Below, one piece after another: positions 39,857 to 50,824 of a DNA stretch of 64,000 nucleotides. The position numbers and the translations under genes are program-made. The stretch is from an uncultured archaeon (GTDB lineage: Archaea > Thermoproteota > Bathyarchaeia > Bathyarchaeales > Bathycorpusculaceae), in NCBI GenBank assembly GCA_963810275.1, contig CAWENF010000027.1, positions 23,655 through 87,654 on the forward strand, given 5' to 3'. A model generated the notes under the pieces. The model saw only the letters and a list, made by a program, of their open reading frames with translations, ran no database searches and had not been told where the DNA came from. The stretch's first letter is position 1. Each line of letters opens with the position of its first letter.

Positions 39857-41272
39857 TTAGCGGTGAAATGCTGACATGACTCGCCAGAGATTATAGTTTA
39901 GGGCGGTTCGAGTCATGATTTTGCTGTACAGGTTGCCCCTGAGATATCCTTTGTTTGCTTGCCGCAGAATGTATGTAGTATTGTAGAATTTGTTGTAGAA
40001 CTGGCGCCGCATCTCCGCGATTTCTTTTGCTGGCAGGTTGGGGTCTTCGTAGATGGCGTTCATGGTGTTGTAAGTTTTCCAGTCCTGCGACATAGGCCAT
40101 CCATTCTTCACTACAATTTCCCGCAGGTGAGTCCCCGGGTATGGCGTGGCATGGCAAAGCCAAACATCATCTGGTTTAAGTTTACCTGCAAAATCCAGTG
40201 TTTCTTGCAGTGTCTCGCGAGTTTCGCCTGGGTAACCTAAAATTACTGAGACCGTGACAAACATACCTGCGTCTTTTGCCCATTGGATGGCGTTTTGGAT
40301 TTGCTGGTTTGTGACGCCTTTTTTGAGGATTGCCCGCATGCTTGCGCAGCCTGCCTCCACACCAAACATTGTTTCGTCGCAGTGCGCCGCCGCCATCTTG
40401 TTCAGCACTTCCTTGGTGACTACATCGGCGCGGGTTCCGCATCCCCAATGTAGCTTCAGTTTGCGTTCGATCATGCCGTCGCAAATCTTCATGGCGCGGT
40501 TGCGGTCAAAAGTGAATGTGTCGTCTTGAAACGCGATTCCTTCTGCGTCAAACTCGTTTTGTAGCCACTCCAACTCGTCGAGCACGTTTTTTGGGCTGCG
40601 TGCCCGGAACTTTTGCCCAAACATCTGTGAAGCAACACAAAAACTGCAAGCATAGGGGCAACCGCGGCTGGTAATTATCGGGAGCAGTTTGCGTTTAGAA
40701 ACATAATACTTCTCGATAGGCAACAGGTGATACGCTGGTAGTGGCAAGGTGTCAAGGTCTTGAATGAAAGGACCTTGCGGCGTCTGCACTACTTCGCCGT
40801 CTTTGCGAAAAGAAATACCTTTGATGTCGCCGAGTTTCTGTCCAGTTTCGGAGCGTTTGGCTATTTCGAGCAGTGTTTCTTCGCCTTCGCCGCGCACGAT
40901 TAAGTCAATTGTTTTTTCTTGGGTTAGAACTTCTTTGTCGGAGAAGGTTGCGTGTGGACCGCCCATTACGACGGTGGCTTCTGGGCATGCTTCTTTAGCT
41001 ACCTGGGCACATTTGAGGGCTGACTCGATAGTCGGCGTCATAGCGCCTGTTCCAATTAGGGCGGGTTGGAAAGTGTCGAGTTCTGCTTTAAGGTTTGCGT
41101 GGTCATAGTGGTTAACTGGGCAGTCGACGATTTTAACTTCAAAACCGTTTTTCTCCAACACCGCTGCCATATAAGCTAAGCCAAGCGGGGGGAACTGTGG
41201 GTGGTGACCGATGTCTACTGGTAGAGGTGGGTTTACAAGGGCTACTTTTTTGTTTGTTGACATTAAGTCCAC
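39857..41272 (-). CDS. Cobalamin-binding radical SAM enzyme (#3)
   Basis: VALVNPP, PPLGLAYMAA, GGPHATF, SRGCPYACSFC, TPYPGT. Confidence 0.93.
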   Translation of the reverse strand: MDLMSTNKKVALVNPPLPVDIGHHPQFPPLGLAYMAAVLEKNGFEVKIVDCPVNHYDHANLKAELDTFQPALIGTGAMTPTIESALKCAQVAKEACPEATVVMGGPHATFSDKEVLTQEKTIDLIVRGEGEETLLEIAKRSETGQKLGDIKGISFRKDGEVVQTPQGPFIQDLDTLPLPAYHLLPIEKYYVSKRKLLPIITSRGCPYACSFCVASQMFGQKFRARSPKNVLDELEWLQNEFDAEGIAFQDDTFTFDRNRAMKICDGMIERKLKLHWGCGTRADVVTKEVLNKMAAAHCDETMFGVEAGCASMRAILKKGVTNQQIQNAIQWAKDAGMFVTVSVILGYPGETRETLQETLDFAGKLKPDDVWLCHATPYPGTHLREIVVKNGWPMSQDWKTYNTMNAIYEDPNLPAKEIAEMRRQFYNKFYNTTYILRQANKGYLRGNLYSKIMTRTALNYNLWRVMSAFHR

Positions 41273-41366
41273 TCACGTGTGCTTAGGAGCAGGTGAACTT
41301 TAACCGATGGCGTTTTTGCTTATGAACTTTTGGCTAAACGGCGCCCGACATGTTTCTTTTGCTGTT

Positions 41367-43619
41367 CTAGCTGGATGTTTTGGGTTGGCGGCGCTTTGAA
41401 ATGAGGTACGCTGCGGCGGCAATGACGATTAGACCTAAGTTTGCGGCTGCAACAATCCATACAAGCCAAGAAATTTCGGTGCTTGCTGGCTGTTGCGGCT
41501 GCTTGTCGATTGCGCCGATTGCATAGACAAAATGATCATAGGAACCAACGTAAACCACGCTGTTGACAACTGCAGGTGACGAAACCACCGCATCATCAGT
41601 CAGATAACTCCACAACTGATTCCCTGTTTGAGCGTTTACTGCATGGATTCTTCCGTCGCTGGAACCAAAAACCACCATACCGCTGGCTATAGCGGGCGAA
41701 GACGCCACAGGATCCTCAGTAGCAAAACTCCACTTGACCGAGCCGTCAAAGGCATCTAATGCGTACAGTTTCCCATCGTCCGAACCCGCATACACTATCC
41801 CGTCCGCAATTGCTGGTGATGACGCCACGGGGGCACCGCACTCATAGCTCCAAACTAAACCGCCATCCGCAGTGTTTAGGCAGTAGAGGTTGTGGTCGTA
41901 GGAGCCAAAGTAAACCCTGCCATCCATTACCGCTGGCGAAGAAACCACCTCTCCGCCTGTTTGGAACTTCCATTTCAAGTTACCCTCTGCGGCGTCTAAG
42001 GCGTAGAGGTAGCCGTCGTTAGAGCCAACGTAAACCAATCCGTCGACGATTGCAGCTGAGGAAACCGCAATTTGGTCCCCAGTGGTGTATTTCCAGAGTA
42101 GTTCTCCGCTATCAGCGTTGAGCGCATAAAAAGTGTAGTCTTCCGAACCAACATACACCGCTCCGTTATAGACCGAGGGCGAGGAAACAACAGCGTACCC
42201 AGTTTGGTAACTCCACTGATAACCGCCTGTTTGAGTGTTTAGACAGTAGATTTTGCCGTTGTAACCCCCAACATAGAGACGGTCGCCTTCAACTGCTGCG
42301 GATGAGAACATCACCATGTCTTTCGTGTCATAGCTCCAAACAACCGTATTATGTTGCTCCCAATCTAACCCAACCATGCCCGTTTCGGCATCTAATGCAT
42401 ATATTTTACCATCATGCGAACCCACAAACACCAACCCATCAGCCACTGTGGGGGATGCATCGATGCCGCCGCCAGTGGCAAAACTCCACCCAAGAGTGCC
42501 ATCTGCTGTGTTCAGGGCGTAGAGTTTGCCGTCACCTGAACCTACATACACCACGCCATCAGCTACCGCTGGCTGCGAAATAACCATTTCACCTGTTGCA
42601 TAATTCCATAAGAGTTGCCCGTCTGCGGTGTTCAAAGCGTAGATTTTGTAATCATTGGAACCCACATAAACAACGCCCCCCGACACAGTTGGCGCCGAAG
42701 CCACACCCGCACCCGTCTGGTACCTCCATAGTTCCTCACCATTGGAGGCTTGGAGAGCATAAACGTAGCCGTCCAACGAGCCTACAAAAACAACCCCTCC
42801 AGACACGAAGGGCGATGAGTAAACATCGCCGCCAGTAGTGAACTGCCACTTCAAACCCCCATCTGATGCGTTCAGCGCGTAGACGGAGTCGTCGCTTGAG
42901 CCGAAAAACACTGTTCCATCTGAGACTGCGGGGACAGACAAGATGCTGTCGCCTGTTGCGAAGCTCCAGTCGAGGTCGCCCGTGGAGGCGTCAAGGGCGT
43001 AAAGCGTGTTGTCCAAAGAGCCAATGTAGACTTCGCCGTTGGCGACGGTCGCTGCGGATAGCATAATTTTGTCACCTGCCTCAAAGCTCCAAAGCTTTTC
43101 CCCAGTGGCAAGCTTTAGCGCGTAAACGTGATGGTCTTCTGAGCCAAAGTAAATCACTCCATCTACAATGGCTGGGTCAGAATCCACATAGTAACCTGTC
43201 TGAAAACTCCAAATTTTGCTTCCGTCAGAGGCGTTTAATGCGTAGAGGTTGTAGTCTTCAGAACCTACGCAGACGATGCCCTCTGATATGGCTGGTTTGG
43301 AAATCACAATCGCTCCCATAGTGAAAGCCCATAGTTTCTCACTTGTGGACGCATTGAAAGCGTAAACTTTGTTGTCATAGCTCCCAACATACACCACCCC
43401 GTCAGCTGCGTTTGGGGACCCGACTTGCCCGCCTGTGTTGAATTTCCAGAGCGTTTGGTTACTATGCGGCGCCGAAGAGTCTGTAGTGCTTGTGTGGGCT
43501 AAGTCGCCTCGGAACATTGGCCAAGAATCTTTGCTAAGCGCTCCCTCTGAGATGGCGACGGAGGAACCCAAAACCAGCACAAATGCCAAGCAGACCCAAA
43601 CCTTGCTATTCATTTCCAC
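41367..43619 (-). CDS. Secreted, C-terminally anchored PQQ-like (BamB-type) beta-propeller repeat protein, 16 repeats
   Basis: Signal peptide, WPMFRGD..H, 16 copies of W.(F/Y).TG..V.SSP.V.DG.VYVGS.D..LYAL, C-terminal TM plus basic tail. Confidence 0.92.
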   Translation of the reverse strand: MEMNSKVWVCLAFVLVLGSSVAISEGALSKDSWPMFRGDLAHTSTTDSSAPHSNQTLWKFNTGGQVGSPNAADGVVYVGSYDNKVYAFNASTSEKLWAFTMGAIVISKPAISEGIVCVGSEDYNLYALNASDGSKIWSFQTGYYVDSDPAIVDGVIYFGSEDHHVYALKLATGEKLWSFEAGDKIMLSAATVANGEVYIGSLDNTLYALDASTGDLDWSFATGDSILSVPAVSDGTVFFGSSDDSVYALNASDGGLKWQFTTGGDVYSSPFVSGGVVFVGSLDGYVYALQASNGEELWRYQTGAGVASAPTVSGGVVYVGSNDYKIYALNTADGQLLWNYATGEMVISQPAVADGVVYVGSGDGKLYALNTADGTLGWSFATGGGIDASPTVADGLVFVGSHDGKIYALDAETGMVGLDWEQHNTVVWSYDTKDMVMFSSAAVEGDRLYVGGYNGKIYCLNTQTGGYQWSYQTGYAVVSSPSVYNGAVYVGSEDYTFYALNADSGELLWKYTTGDQIAVSSAAIVDGLVYVGSNDGYLYALDAAEGNLKWKFQTGGEVVSSPAVMDGRVYFGSYDHNLYCLNTADGGLVWSYECGAPVASSPAIADGIVYAGSDDGKLYALDAFDGSVKWSFATEDPVASSPAIASGMVVFGSSDGRIHAVNAQTGNQLWSYLTDDAVVSSPAVVNSVVYVGSYDHFVYAIGAIDKQPQQPASTEISWLVWIVAAANLGLIVIAAAAYLISKRRQPKTSS

Positions 43620-43691
43620 TCAAAAAATAATGTTCAGTTCTAATCCTTTAGATTTTCGCTAAAAACAAAAAATAAAATTAAGAAAAGAAAT

Positions 43692-44789
43692 TTACTGTTT
43701 ATTCTGCTTCTGCATTTCAGCCCATGCTTTAGGAATGTATGGACAGGCGGGGTCAGATTCGGTGATGTCGCCGGTGTAGGCATAGGAGCGGTTTCTGCAT
43801 CCGCCGCAGATTTCTCGGTACTCGCAGACGCCGCATTTGCCTTTTAGGATGTTGCGGTCTTGGAATTTTGTGTAGTATGTTGAGGCTTTGATTTCTTCCC
43901 ATGCGTGAGTTATGGGTTTGCTGCGGATGTTTCCAAGCATCATAGGTTCGTTTGGTGTTAGGTCAGTGTAGAAGCAGGGTATTAAGTCGCCATTCTCCGT
44001 TACGGATATGTAGCCGCCAAATGCGAAGTAGGTGCATTTTCCGTGGAACTCTTTTTCGTACCATTCGTTGAAACGTTCCTCGGGGATTCGTTGTTTGACT
44101 ACTCTTGCAAAGTGTGGGCAGTGAACGTGTATTTCGAATTTGTCATGGTATGTCTCGGTTAAGTCCCAGATATGGTTGAGTGTCCACTCTAACTGTTCAG
44201 GAGTCGGGTTTAAGTCTAAGGTTGTTTTAGCTCTACCGCTGGGCACAAGAGCGTTGTACCAAACGAAGTTAGCTTTGTACTTTTCAGCCAACTCTGCGAC
44301 GTGGTCGAGGTGCTGAAAGTTTATACTTGTAATGGCGCAAGCCAAACCGTTTAAAATTTTACCGGCTGATAATTTCTCTATGGCTGCGAGGGCTTTTTTG
44401 TAGCTACCTTTACCACGCAGTTGATCATTGATATCTTCAGGGCCATCAATGCTCACCGAGGACCAAACATTGTACTTGACCAAGTTATCGTAGATTTCGC
44501 CATCCACAAAACAGCCATTGGTTAATAGGCATACGTTTAATCCCTTGCCTTTGGCGTACCGAACTATCTCAAAGATGTCCTTGCGCAGCAGTGGCTCGCC
44601 GCCTTTGATGCCGAACCATCTTACGCCAAATTCATGTACTTCATCGACAAGATGAAACGCTTCCTGAGTGGTCATTTCTCTGGGCGCGTTTTCACAGGTT
44701 GCGTCTACGTTGCAGTATGCGCATCTTGCGTTGCAGGCGCCTGTGGACCGCCAAGAAGTCATTAGTAGGGGCCCTTTCTTTTCGGTCAA
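43692..44789 (-). CDS. Radical SAM/SPASM enzyme, paralog of 32526-33638
   Basis: CNARCAYC, GGEPL, VSIDG, PSGRA; CGVCEYREICGGCR...DPAC. Confidence 0.92.
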   Translation of the reverse strand: MTEKKGPLLMTSWRSTGACNARCAYCNVDATCENAPREMTTQEAFHLVDEVHEFGVRWFGIKGGEPLLRKDIFEIVRYAKGKGLNVCLLTNGCFVDGEIYDNLVKYNVWSSVSIDGPEDINDQLRGKGSYKKALAAIEKLSAGKILNGLACAITSINFQHLDHVAELAEKYKANFVWYNALVPSGRAKTTLDLNPTPEQLEWTLNHIWDLTETYHDKFEIHVHCPHFARVVKQRIPEERFNEWYEKEFHGKCTYFAFGGYISVTENGDLIPCFYTDLTPNEPMMLGNIRSKPITHAWEEIKASTYYTKFQDRNILKGKCGVCEYREICGGCRNRSYAYTGDITESDPACPYIPKAWAEMQKQNKQ

Positions 44790-45039
44790 GTAGAATCGTC
44801 TCTTTCCCTTTTTGGTATTGTTGTATTTGGGCTATTTCGCCCCTTAATAAGCTTACGCGTTTCCACTTCAATACAGCTTTGGAAGCTAAAAGAGCATTAG
44901 CTGTCGTGGTTTGGGGTTAAGGGGCTTTTTCCATAAACTTTATAGTGCCTCTAGTTGATGTTTAAGACTGGGGGCAAAACAAAGGATTATCCTTCGAATT
45001 TAATTACGTTCTGCCCTAAAAAAGACGGGGGAAACGGTC

Positions 45040-47565
45040 ATCCAAAAAAAAATCGCATTAACCATAATTTTAGCCTGTTTACTATTCACAACCGCATATT
45101 CTAGCATATACAATGTACAAATCACCCAAGCCGCCAGCTCTCTAAACGAGTACGAGTGGGCTCAATACCAAGGCGACTCCGCACTAACCCGATTCAGCGC
45201 TGGACCCGCCCCAGACACTCCCAACGTAATCTGGAAAACCAACATAACCGAAATCCAGCCTTACCTGTCTGCTTTCAACGGCAAAATATACGTCTGCAGC
45301 AACCACGTTGCATATGCGCTTGACCAGCAGGGCGACATCGCTTGGCAAACTCCTTTCCCCAATGCTACTCATTGGCCAATAGCCTATAAAATCGATAGCG
45401 CACACATGATAATTGAAAACTACTGCCTTAATCCCGAAACAGGCAAAATACTCTGGGAAAGCCCTGACTTTAACGCTTTCACAGGTATCTTTAACACCAA
45501 CGTTTACAGCCCCGAAGAAAGAATGTTCTACACCAAAGTTAATTCCACAATCGTAGCCTGGGACTTCTCCCACCCTTCAAATCCGCCCACAGTGGCTTGG
45601 ACAACTTACATCCGGGGCGGGGGCATAACCGGCATCGGAGCAGCCTATGGTGACGGCAAAATCTTCACGGGCTCCTTCGAGAACATGCAGGTTGCATTAG
45701 ACGCTAAGACAGGCGAAATCCTTTGGACAACTAACACGAAAGGCCCTATGATCTTCACTGGTGCCTACAGCGACGGCAAATACTTCAAAGGCGGAAGCGA
45801 CGACAACACTATGTACTGCTTTAACGCCTCCACAGGTGACATAATCTGGAAGTTCACCCCCGAGACAGACGGCTACTTCACAACAGGCTGCGCTGTCGGC
45901 TACGGTATGGTTTACGAAATGAACAAAGACGGCTACCTATACGCTTTCAGCCAAGAAACAGGCTCTATAGTTTGGAAGTATAAAGGACCCAACGATTCGT
46001 TGATGTGGCCTGGCATGCCTACAGTTGCAGACGGCAAAATCTACATGACCACAGGCGAAGCAGCGCAATACAACAAGCCTCTGGGCATCTCCGAGTTCTC
46101 ATGCTTAGACGCCTATAACGGGCAGCAACTATGGAAGTTTGATATGGAAGCTTTGCCTCCCCGCGAATCTGTAGCGGTGGCTTATGGTACACTCTACATT
46201 ATCCCCGGTGACGTCACCACCGCGGTGGATACGATTTCTGGGAACGAGTATGCTACTGATCATCAAATCTGGGCAATAAAAGACGCAGCGAAAACTGAGG
46301 ACCCCTTGTTTGTTAGCAACTGGCCTCAGTGGCGCGCCGATGCGGCTCACAGCTCAACAGCGCCTAAAGGTCCCTCTAACTTGTCTTTAGCTTGGAAGTA
46401 CGAAACCAGCGGCTCAGTTATCTCGTCTCCTTCTGTTGTTGATGAAGTGGTTTACTTTGGATCTTCAGACACTTACATCTATGCTTTAGACGCGTGGAAC
46501 GGCAACCTGATTTGGAAATTTAAAACGCAGGCACCTATAGAATCCTCCGTAGCAGTTGAAGACGGCAGAGTCTACACTGGCGGAGACGACGGCTACGTTT
46601 ACTGCCTCAACGCAGACACCGGAGCATTTCTCTGGAAAACCTTTGTCAACGGGAACCTGCCTTTCACGTTTGGAAATTTGGTTTTGAAATCTTCTCCAGC
46701 AGTCGCCAACAAAACGGTTTATGTGGGCAGCTTGGACGGCAACCTGTACGCCTTAAACTCCGCAAACGGAGACATACTCTGGCAAACAGCAGCCCTAGGT
46801 CCCATCGAGTCCTCCCCTGCAGTTGCCGACGGCGCAGTCTACTTCACCGCCGAAGAACCCGAAACAGGCGCCTTATACAAACTAAACGCTGATACAGGCG
46901 AAGTCATGTGGAAAAACGAAATCCCATATCGTATTTCGTTTGGCGGCGGCACAGAAATGCTTGGCTCCCCCTCGGTGGCGGCTGGCAGAGTGTTTGCATC
47001 CAGCGACTGGGGCGACTACTACTGCTACAGCGTGGACAGCGGCATGATGGAGTGGCACTTCCAGAATCCCACCGCCACAGAATTCATCGTCTCCTCACCT
47101 ATCTATGTTGACGACACTGTGCTGCTAATTGACAAGTTCGACTTAACATGTGTCAACATCACTAACGGCTGGACGCTATGGAATAAGTACACTGGCGACG
47201 AACTCTACGTGTCGCCCTCATACGCCGACGGCAAGGTCTACATGGTCACCAGCCAACGCCACATATTCGTTTTAGATACAACAAACGAAGGCAATATCAT
47301 AGATACCGCCACAACAGGCAGCAGCAGCTGGTCCTCGCCAACCATAGCCAACAACCGTCTCTACGTCGGATGCAACGACTGGAACCTCTACTGCTTCGCC
47401 GAAAACATCACCACCGCCAACCAAAGCGACGGCACTCCAACACCTACCGGCACGCCATCCCCAGAGGACGAACTAAACGCAACCTACATAGCAGCCATAA
47501 TAGCCGCAATTGCCATAGTCGCAGTCGCATTATCAGTTGTTTACCTTAAAAAATTCAAAAACTAA
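45040..47565 (+). CDS. Secreted, C-terminally anchored two-domain PQQ-like beta-propeller protein
   Basis: Propeller repeats, PT linker, C-terminal TM. The frame extends upstream of ATG 45406 to 45004 and encodes a signal peptide plus WAQYQGD motif; likely start is ATC at 45040. Confidence 0.88.
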   Translation: MQKKIALTIILACLLFTTAYSSIYNVQITQAASSLNEYEWAQYQGDSALTRFSAGPAPDTPNVIWKTNITEIQPYLSAFNGKIYVCSNHVAYALDQQGDIAWQTPFPNATHWPIAYKIDSAHMIIENYCLNPETGKILWESPDFNAFTGIFNTNVYSPEERMFYTKVNSTIVAWDFSHPSNPPTVAWTTYIRGGGITGIGAAYGDGKIFTGSFENMQVALDAKTGEILWTTNTKGPMIFTGAYSDGKYFKGGSDDNTMYCFNASTGDIIWKFTPETDGYFTTGCAVGYGMVYEMNKDGYLYAFSQETGSIVWKYKGPNDSLMWPGMPTVADGKIYMTTGEAAQYNKPLGISEFSCLDAYNGQQLWKFDMEALPPRESVAVAYGTLYIIPGDVTTAVDTISGNEYATDHQIWAIKDAAKTEDPLFVSNWPQWRADAAHSSTAPKGPSNLSLAWKYETSGSVISSPSVVDEVVYFGSSDTYIYALDAWNGNLIWKFKTQAPIESSVAVEDGRVYTGGDDGYVYCLNADTGAFLWKTFVNGNLPFTFGNLVLKSSPAVANKTVYVGSLDGNLYALNSANGDILWQTAALGPIESSPAVADGAVYFTAEEPETGALYKLNADTGEVMWKNEIPYRISFGGGTEMLGSPSVAAGRVFASSDWGDYYCYSVDSGMMEWHFQNPTATEFIVSSPIYVDDTVLLIDKFDLTCVNITNGWTLWNKYTGDELYVSPSYADGKVYMVTSQRHIFVLDTTNEGNIIDTATTGSSSWSSPTIANNRLYVGCNDWNLYCFAENITTANQSDGTPTPTGTPSPEDELNATYIAAIIAAIAIVAVALSVVYLKKFKN

Positions 47566-49041
47566 CTACGCTTGGCTCTGCTGCTCCACTTCAGACGTGC
47601 TGTAGCCACCCACACTTTTCTTTGGCTTCCGAACCTTGCTAAGTTGCCTAAAGCCCCAGCGCAGAGTTTTGCTGTTCCAAACCAAATGGTTGAGTGCGGC
47701 GCGTGCCATGATTTGGCTGTAGAAGTCTCCTTTGAGTTTTTTGCGCAAGAAGTAGCCTGTGGTGAAGTAGTGGTCGTAGAATTCCTTTTTGACTTCCTCA
47801 AGCCTCTCCAGTGGCAGGAGGGTGTTGGTGAAGATTTGGGTTTCCTCTCGGTAGTCATTCCAGTTTGAGGGAATTTCTAATCCGAGGGATTGAATGAAGT
47901 TGGCGAGTTCCGTGCCGGGGTAGGGGACGGCTTCGCACATGTACACGTAGTCGGGTTTGGTTTTGTGCAGAAAGTCAATGGTTTGTTGAAGCATCTCAGG
48001 GGTTTCGGTGGGGTAACCGATGACAAGTGACACCGCCACGGAGATGCCCGCTTCTTTTCCCCAGCGGATGGCTTGCGCGTTTAGTTCGGGCGTGGTGCCT
48101 TTGCGCATGAGTTTTAGCATTTCGGGGCTGCCTGATTCGACGCCGAAATGGATAAGCTGGCAGTTAGTGGCTTTAAGTTTCGCTAAAAGCTCTTTGCTAA
48201 CTCGATCTACTCTGGTGCGGCAGTCCCAAGGCAAATCCACCCCACGTTTTTGCATTTCGTCACAGATGGCAAACGCCCGCTTCAAATCAAACGTAAACGT
48301 ATCATCGTAAAAAGCGTAGGCGCCCGCATGGAATTCGTCTCGCAACCAAATCAACTCGTCCACCACTTTGCTGGGGCTTCTGCCTCTGAACGCATGACCG
48401 CACATTTTACGAGAAAGGCAAAATGTGCATGCAGATGGGCAGCCGCGGCTGGTTATGATGGGCATGTAGTTGACGCCAAACAGCTTATAGAGGTTAGTCT
48501 CAAAGAATTTGTGCGCTGGAAACGGCAGCTGGTCGATGTCGGTCATGAAGGGGCGGTCGGGGGTCTGAGCGATTTGCCCGTTTTTCTGGTAAGTGATTCC
48601 CTGTACTTTGTCTATATCCCGCAGGTTGTCATCTGAGATCATAGCGGCGATTTCGAGCATGGTTTGTTCGCCTTCGCCGCGCACGACTACGTCAAGGTTG
48701 CCGCTGTCCACGAACGCTTCCCTATCCAAAACAGAGACATGCGGTCCACCCATAAGCGTCAAAGCGTTGGGCGCAGCAACTTTCGCTGCCTTCAAAACAT
48801 CCAACGCAGGCAAATAAGTAACAGTCGCCGAAGTGACACCAACTATGTCAGGGCTTAATTCACTGAATTTTTCTTGTAGCGCCTGCGGGTTGAATTTGCT
48901 GGTTTGACAATCCACCACCGAAACCTTGTAACCTTCCCTTTCAAGCACGGCAGCCAAGTAGCCCAAGCCAAGTGGCAGAAAAACGGATTGCCCCGCTTCA
49001 GGCGGATAAGGCGGATTAACAAGGGCTACGTGGGCTTTCAC
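47566..49041 (-). CDS. Cobalamin-binding radical SAM enzyme (#4)
   Basis: VALVNPPYP, PLGLGYLAA, GGPHVS, SRGCPSACTFC, GVESGS, PYPGT. Confidence 0.93.
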   Translation of the reverse strand: MKAHVALVNPPYPPEAGQSVFLPLGLGYLAAVLEREGYKVSVVDCQTSKFNPQALQEKFSELSPDIVGVTSATVTYLPALDVLKAAKVAAPNALTLMGGPHVSVLDREAFVDSGNLDVVVRGEGEQTMLEIAAMISDDNLRDIDKVQGITYQKNGQIAQTPDRPFMTDIDQLPFPAHKFFETNLYKLFGVNYMPIITSRGCPSACTFCLSRKMCGHAFRGRSPSKVVDELIWLRDEFHAGAYAFYDDTFTFDLKRAFAICDEMQKRGVDLPWDCRTRVDRVSKELLAKLKATNCQLIHFGVESGSPEMLKLMRKGTTPELNAQAIRWGKEAGISVAVSLVIGYPTETPEMLQQTIDFLHKTKPDYVYMCEAVPYPGTELANFIQSLGLEIPSNWNDYREETQIFTNTLLPLERLEEVKKEFYDHYFTTGYFLRKKLKGDFYSQIMARAALNHLVWNSKTLRWGFRQLSKVRKPKKSVGGYSTSEVEQQSQA

Positions 49042-49193
49042 TAAGAGTTCCCCAATTGTGGTATTAACAGAAAACACGGTGTGCGAAGCTATATCTTTTA
49101 CTAAAACCCACCTTTACTCAGCGATGTCGGCGTTTTCCGCAAGGTTTTATATTTTGTGTTCTTCTCTAGCGCCTATTCGGGAGAGAAGATTAT

Positions 49194-50739
49194 TTGTCAG
49201 CCACACTTGCACTTGTAAACGCAAACATAAAAACCATGAACCCCAAGAAGCCCCACGATGAAGCAGTCGCAATAGCCAACAACAGAATAATTAAAGTCGG
49301 CTCAAACACCGAAATCAAAGTTCTTGTCGGCCACCAGACACAAGTCCTGGATTTAGAGGGCAGAACCGTCGTGCCAGGACTCATTGATACTCATATTCAT
49401 GTGGCGGATTTTGGACGATGCTTGATGTGGTTTGACCTCTCAGCTACGAAATCTATTGAAGACCTGCAAAATTTAATCAAAGAAAAAGTCAAACATCTAA
49501 TCAAAGGAAAATGGGTGATTGGGCAAGGCTGGAACGAAACCCGGTTCGCCGAGCAACGTATGCCAACCCTGGAGGATTTGGATGCTGCCGCACCAGACAA
49601 CCCCGTTATACTCTACCGAGAAGCCGCAATGACATGTGCCGTTAACACCAAGGCCCTGCAAGCGGCAGGCGTAACCGAGCAAACTCCAGTGCCTGAGGGC
49701 GGATCAGTAGACAAAACCCTCGATGGCAAACTCTCAGGCATACTTCCGAGACAACGCCACCTCACTGATCTGGAATTCAGTTCCAGAACCAAACGACGCC
49801 GAACTTTTGGAGGCCACAGCAGAGGCATGCCACAAAATATTCCAAGCAGGCATAACAAGCCTCAACTGGATAGTCATATCTGAAACCGAACTCCCAATTA
49901 TCCAGTTGCTACATGCGCAAGGGCGGCTTTTGTTCCGCGTCAATGTTGTTGTCCCCGAGGCGCTTCTGGAGAAAACTGTGGATTTCAAAACAAAGGACCC
50001 GTCCGTGCTGCGTGTAGGCGGCGCATTCATTGTTTCCGATGGTTACTTGGATTCTAAAGAAGCAGCGTTGATGAAGCCTTATAGTGATGACCCTGCCAAC
50101 AGCGGCAAAATGTTTCTTTCCCATGAGCAGTTGGGGGCGGCGGTTAAGCGGGTGTTGGCGTTTGGTATGCAACCCGTGATTCACGCAATGGGCGATCGTG
50201 CTGTGGATGAAGCGCTTATTGCAATTGAGCAATCGGGTAGCGATGTGCGTTTTCGCATAGAGCAAGCCGCAGTTCTTAACAGAGCATTGATTGACCGTCT
50301 AAAAAAACAAAACGTGGTTGTTTCCATCCAGCCTAAAGTGGTTTCCACAGAGTTCACGGTTTGGTCTGCGAGTCAACGTTTGGGTAACCGTGCACGGCTT
50401 CTGCATCCAATCAAGACGCTGCTTGACGAAGGCGTTCACGTGGCTGCGGGTTCTGACTGTCCAATGGAGCCATTAAGTGCGTTGCTGGGCGTACAGGAGC
50501 TCGTAGCTCGGCAGAGCTTCCCTGAGCAGCGACTAAGCGTAGATGAGGCGTTGCGGCTATACACGTTGGACGCTGCTTACTGTTCAGGCGAGGAAACCCA
50601 GAAAGGCTCCATCGAAGAGGGCAAACTTGCAGACCTCACTATACTCGCAGAGGATCCAGCTGCGGTTGGCGCCCAAAAAATCAAAGACATCGCAGTGGAT
50701 TTTGTTGTTCTAAATGGTCGACTGCTCATAGTCTCTTGA
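49194..50739 (+). CDS. Amidohydrolase 3 (YtcJ-like) metal-dependent hydrolase, split by one frameshift near 49746
   Basis: PGLIDTHIH, HAMGDRA, GSDCP, GSIEEGKLAD. ORFs 49194 and 49723 join by removing one C (GIL|RDNA). Confidence 0.88.
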
Positions 50740-50824
50740 GCGCTTGGGTGTTCTGATTACAGAACAGAAGTGTTCTGGAGGGAGAGCTAAAACCTAGAGA
50801 TTCTTACTATCTGCGGGGTTAGCC

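Noticed and set aside
41500-43450. Periodic ~120-bp pattern as a CRISPR array or DNA repeat
   Set aside because: It is degenerate and explained by the 40-aa propeller repeats. No identical repeats, spacers or cas genes occur in the window.
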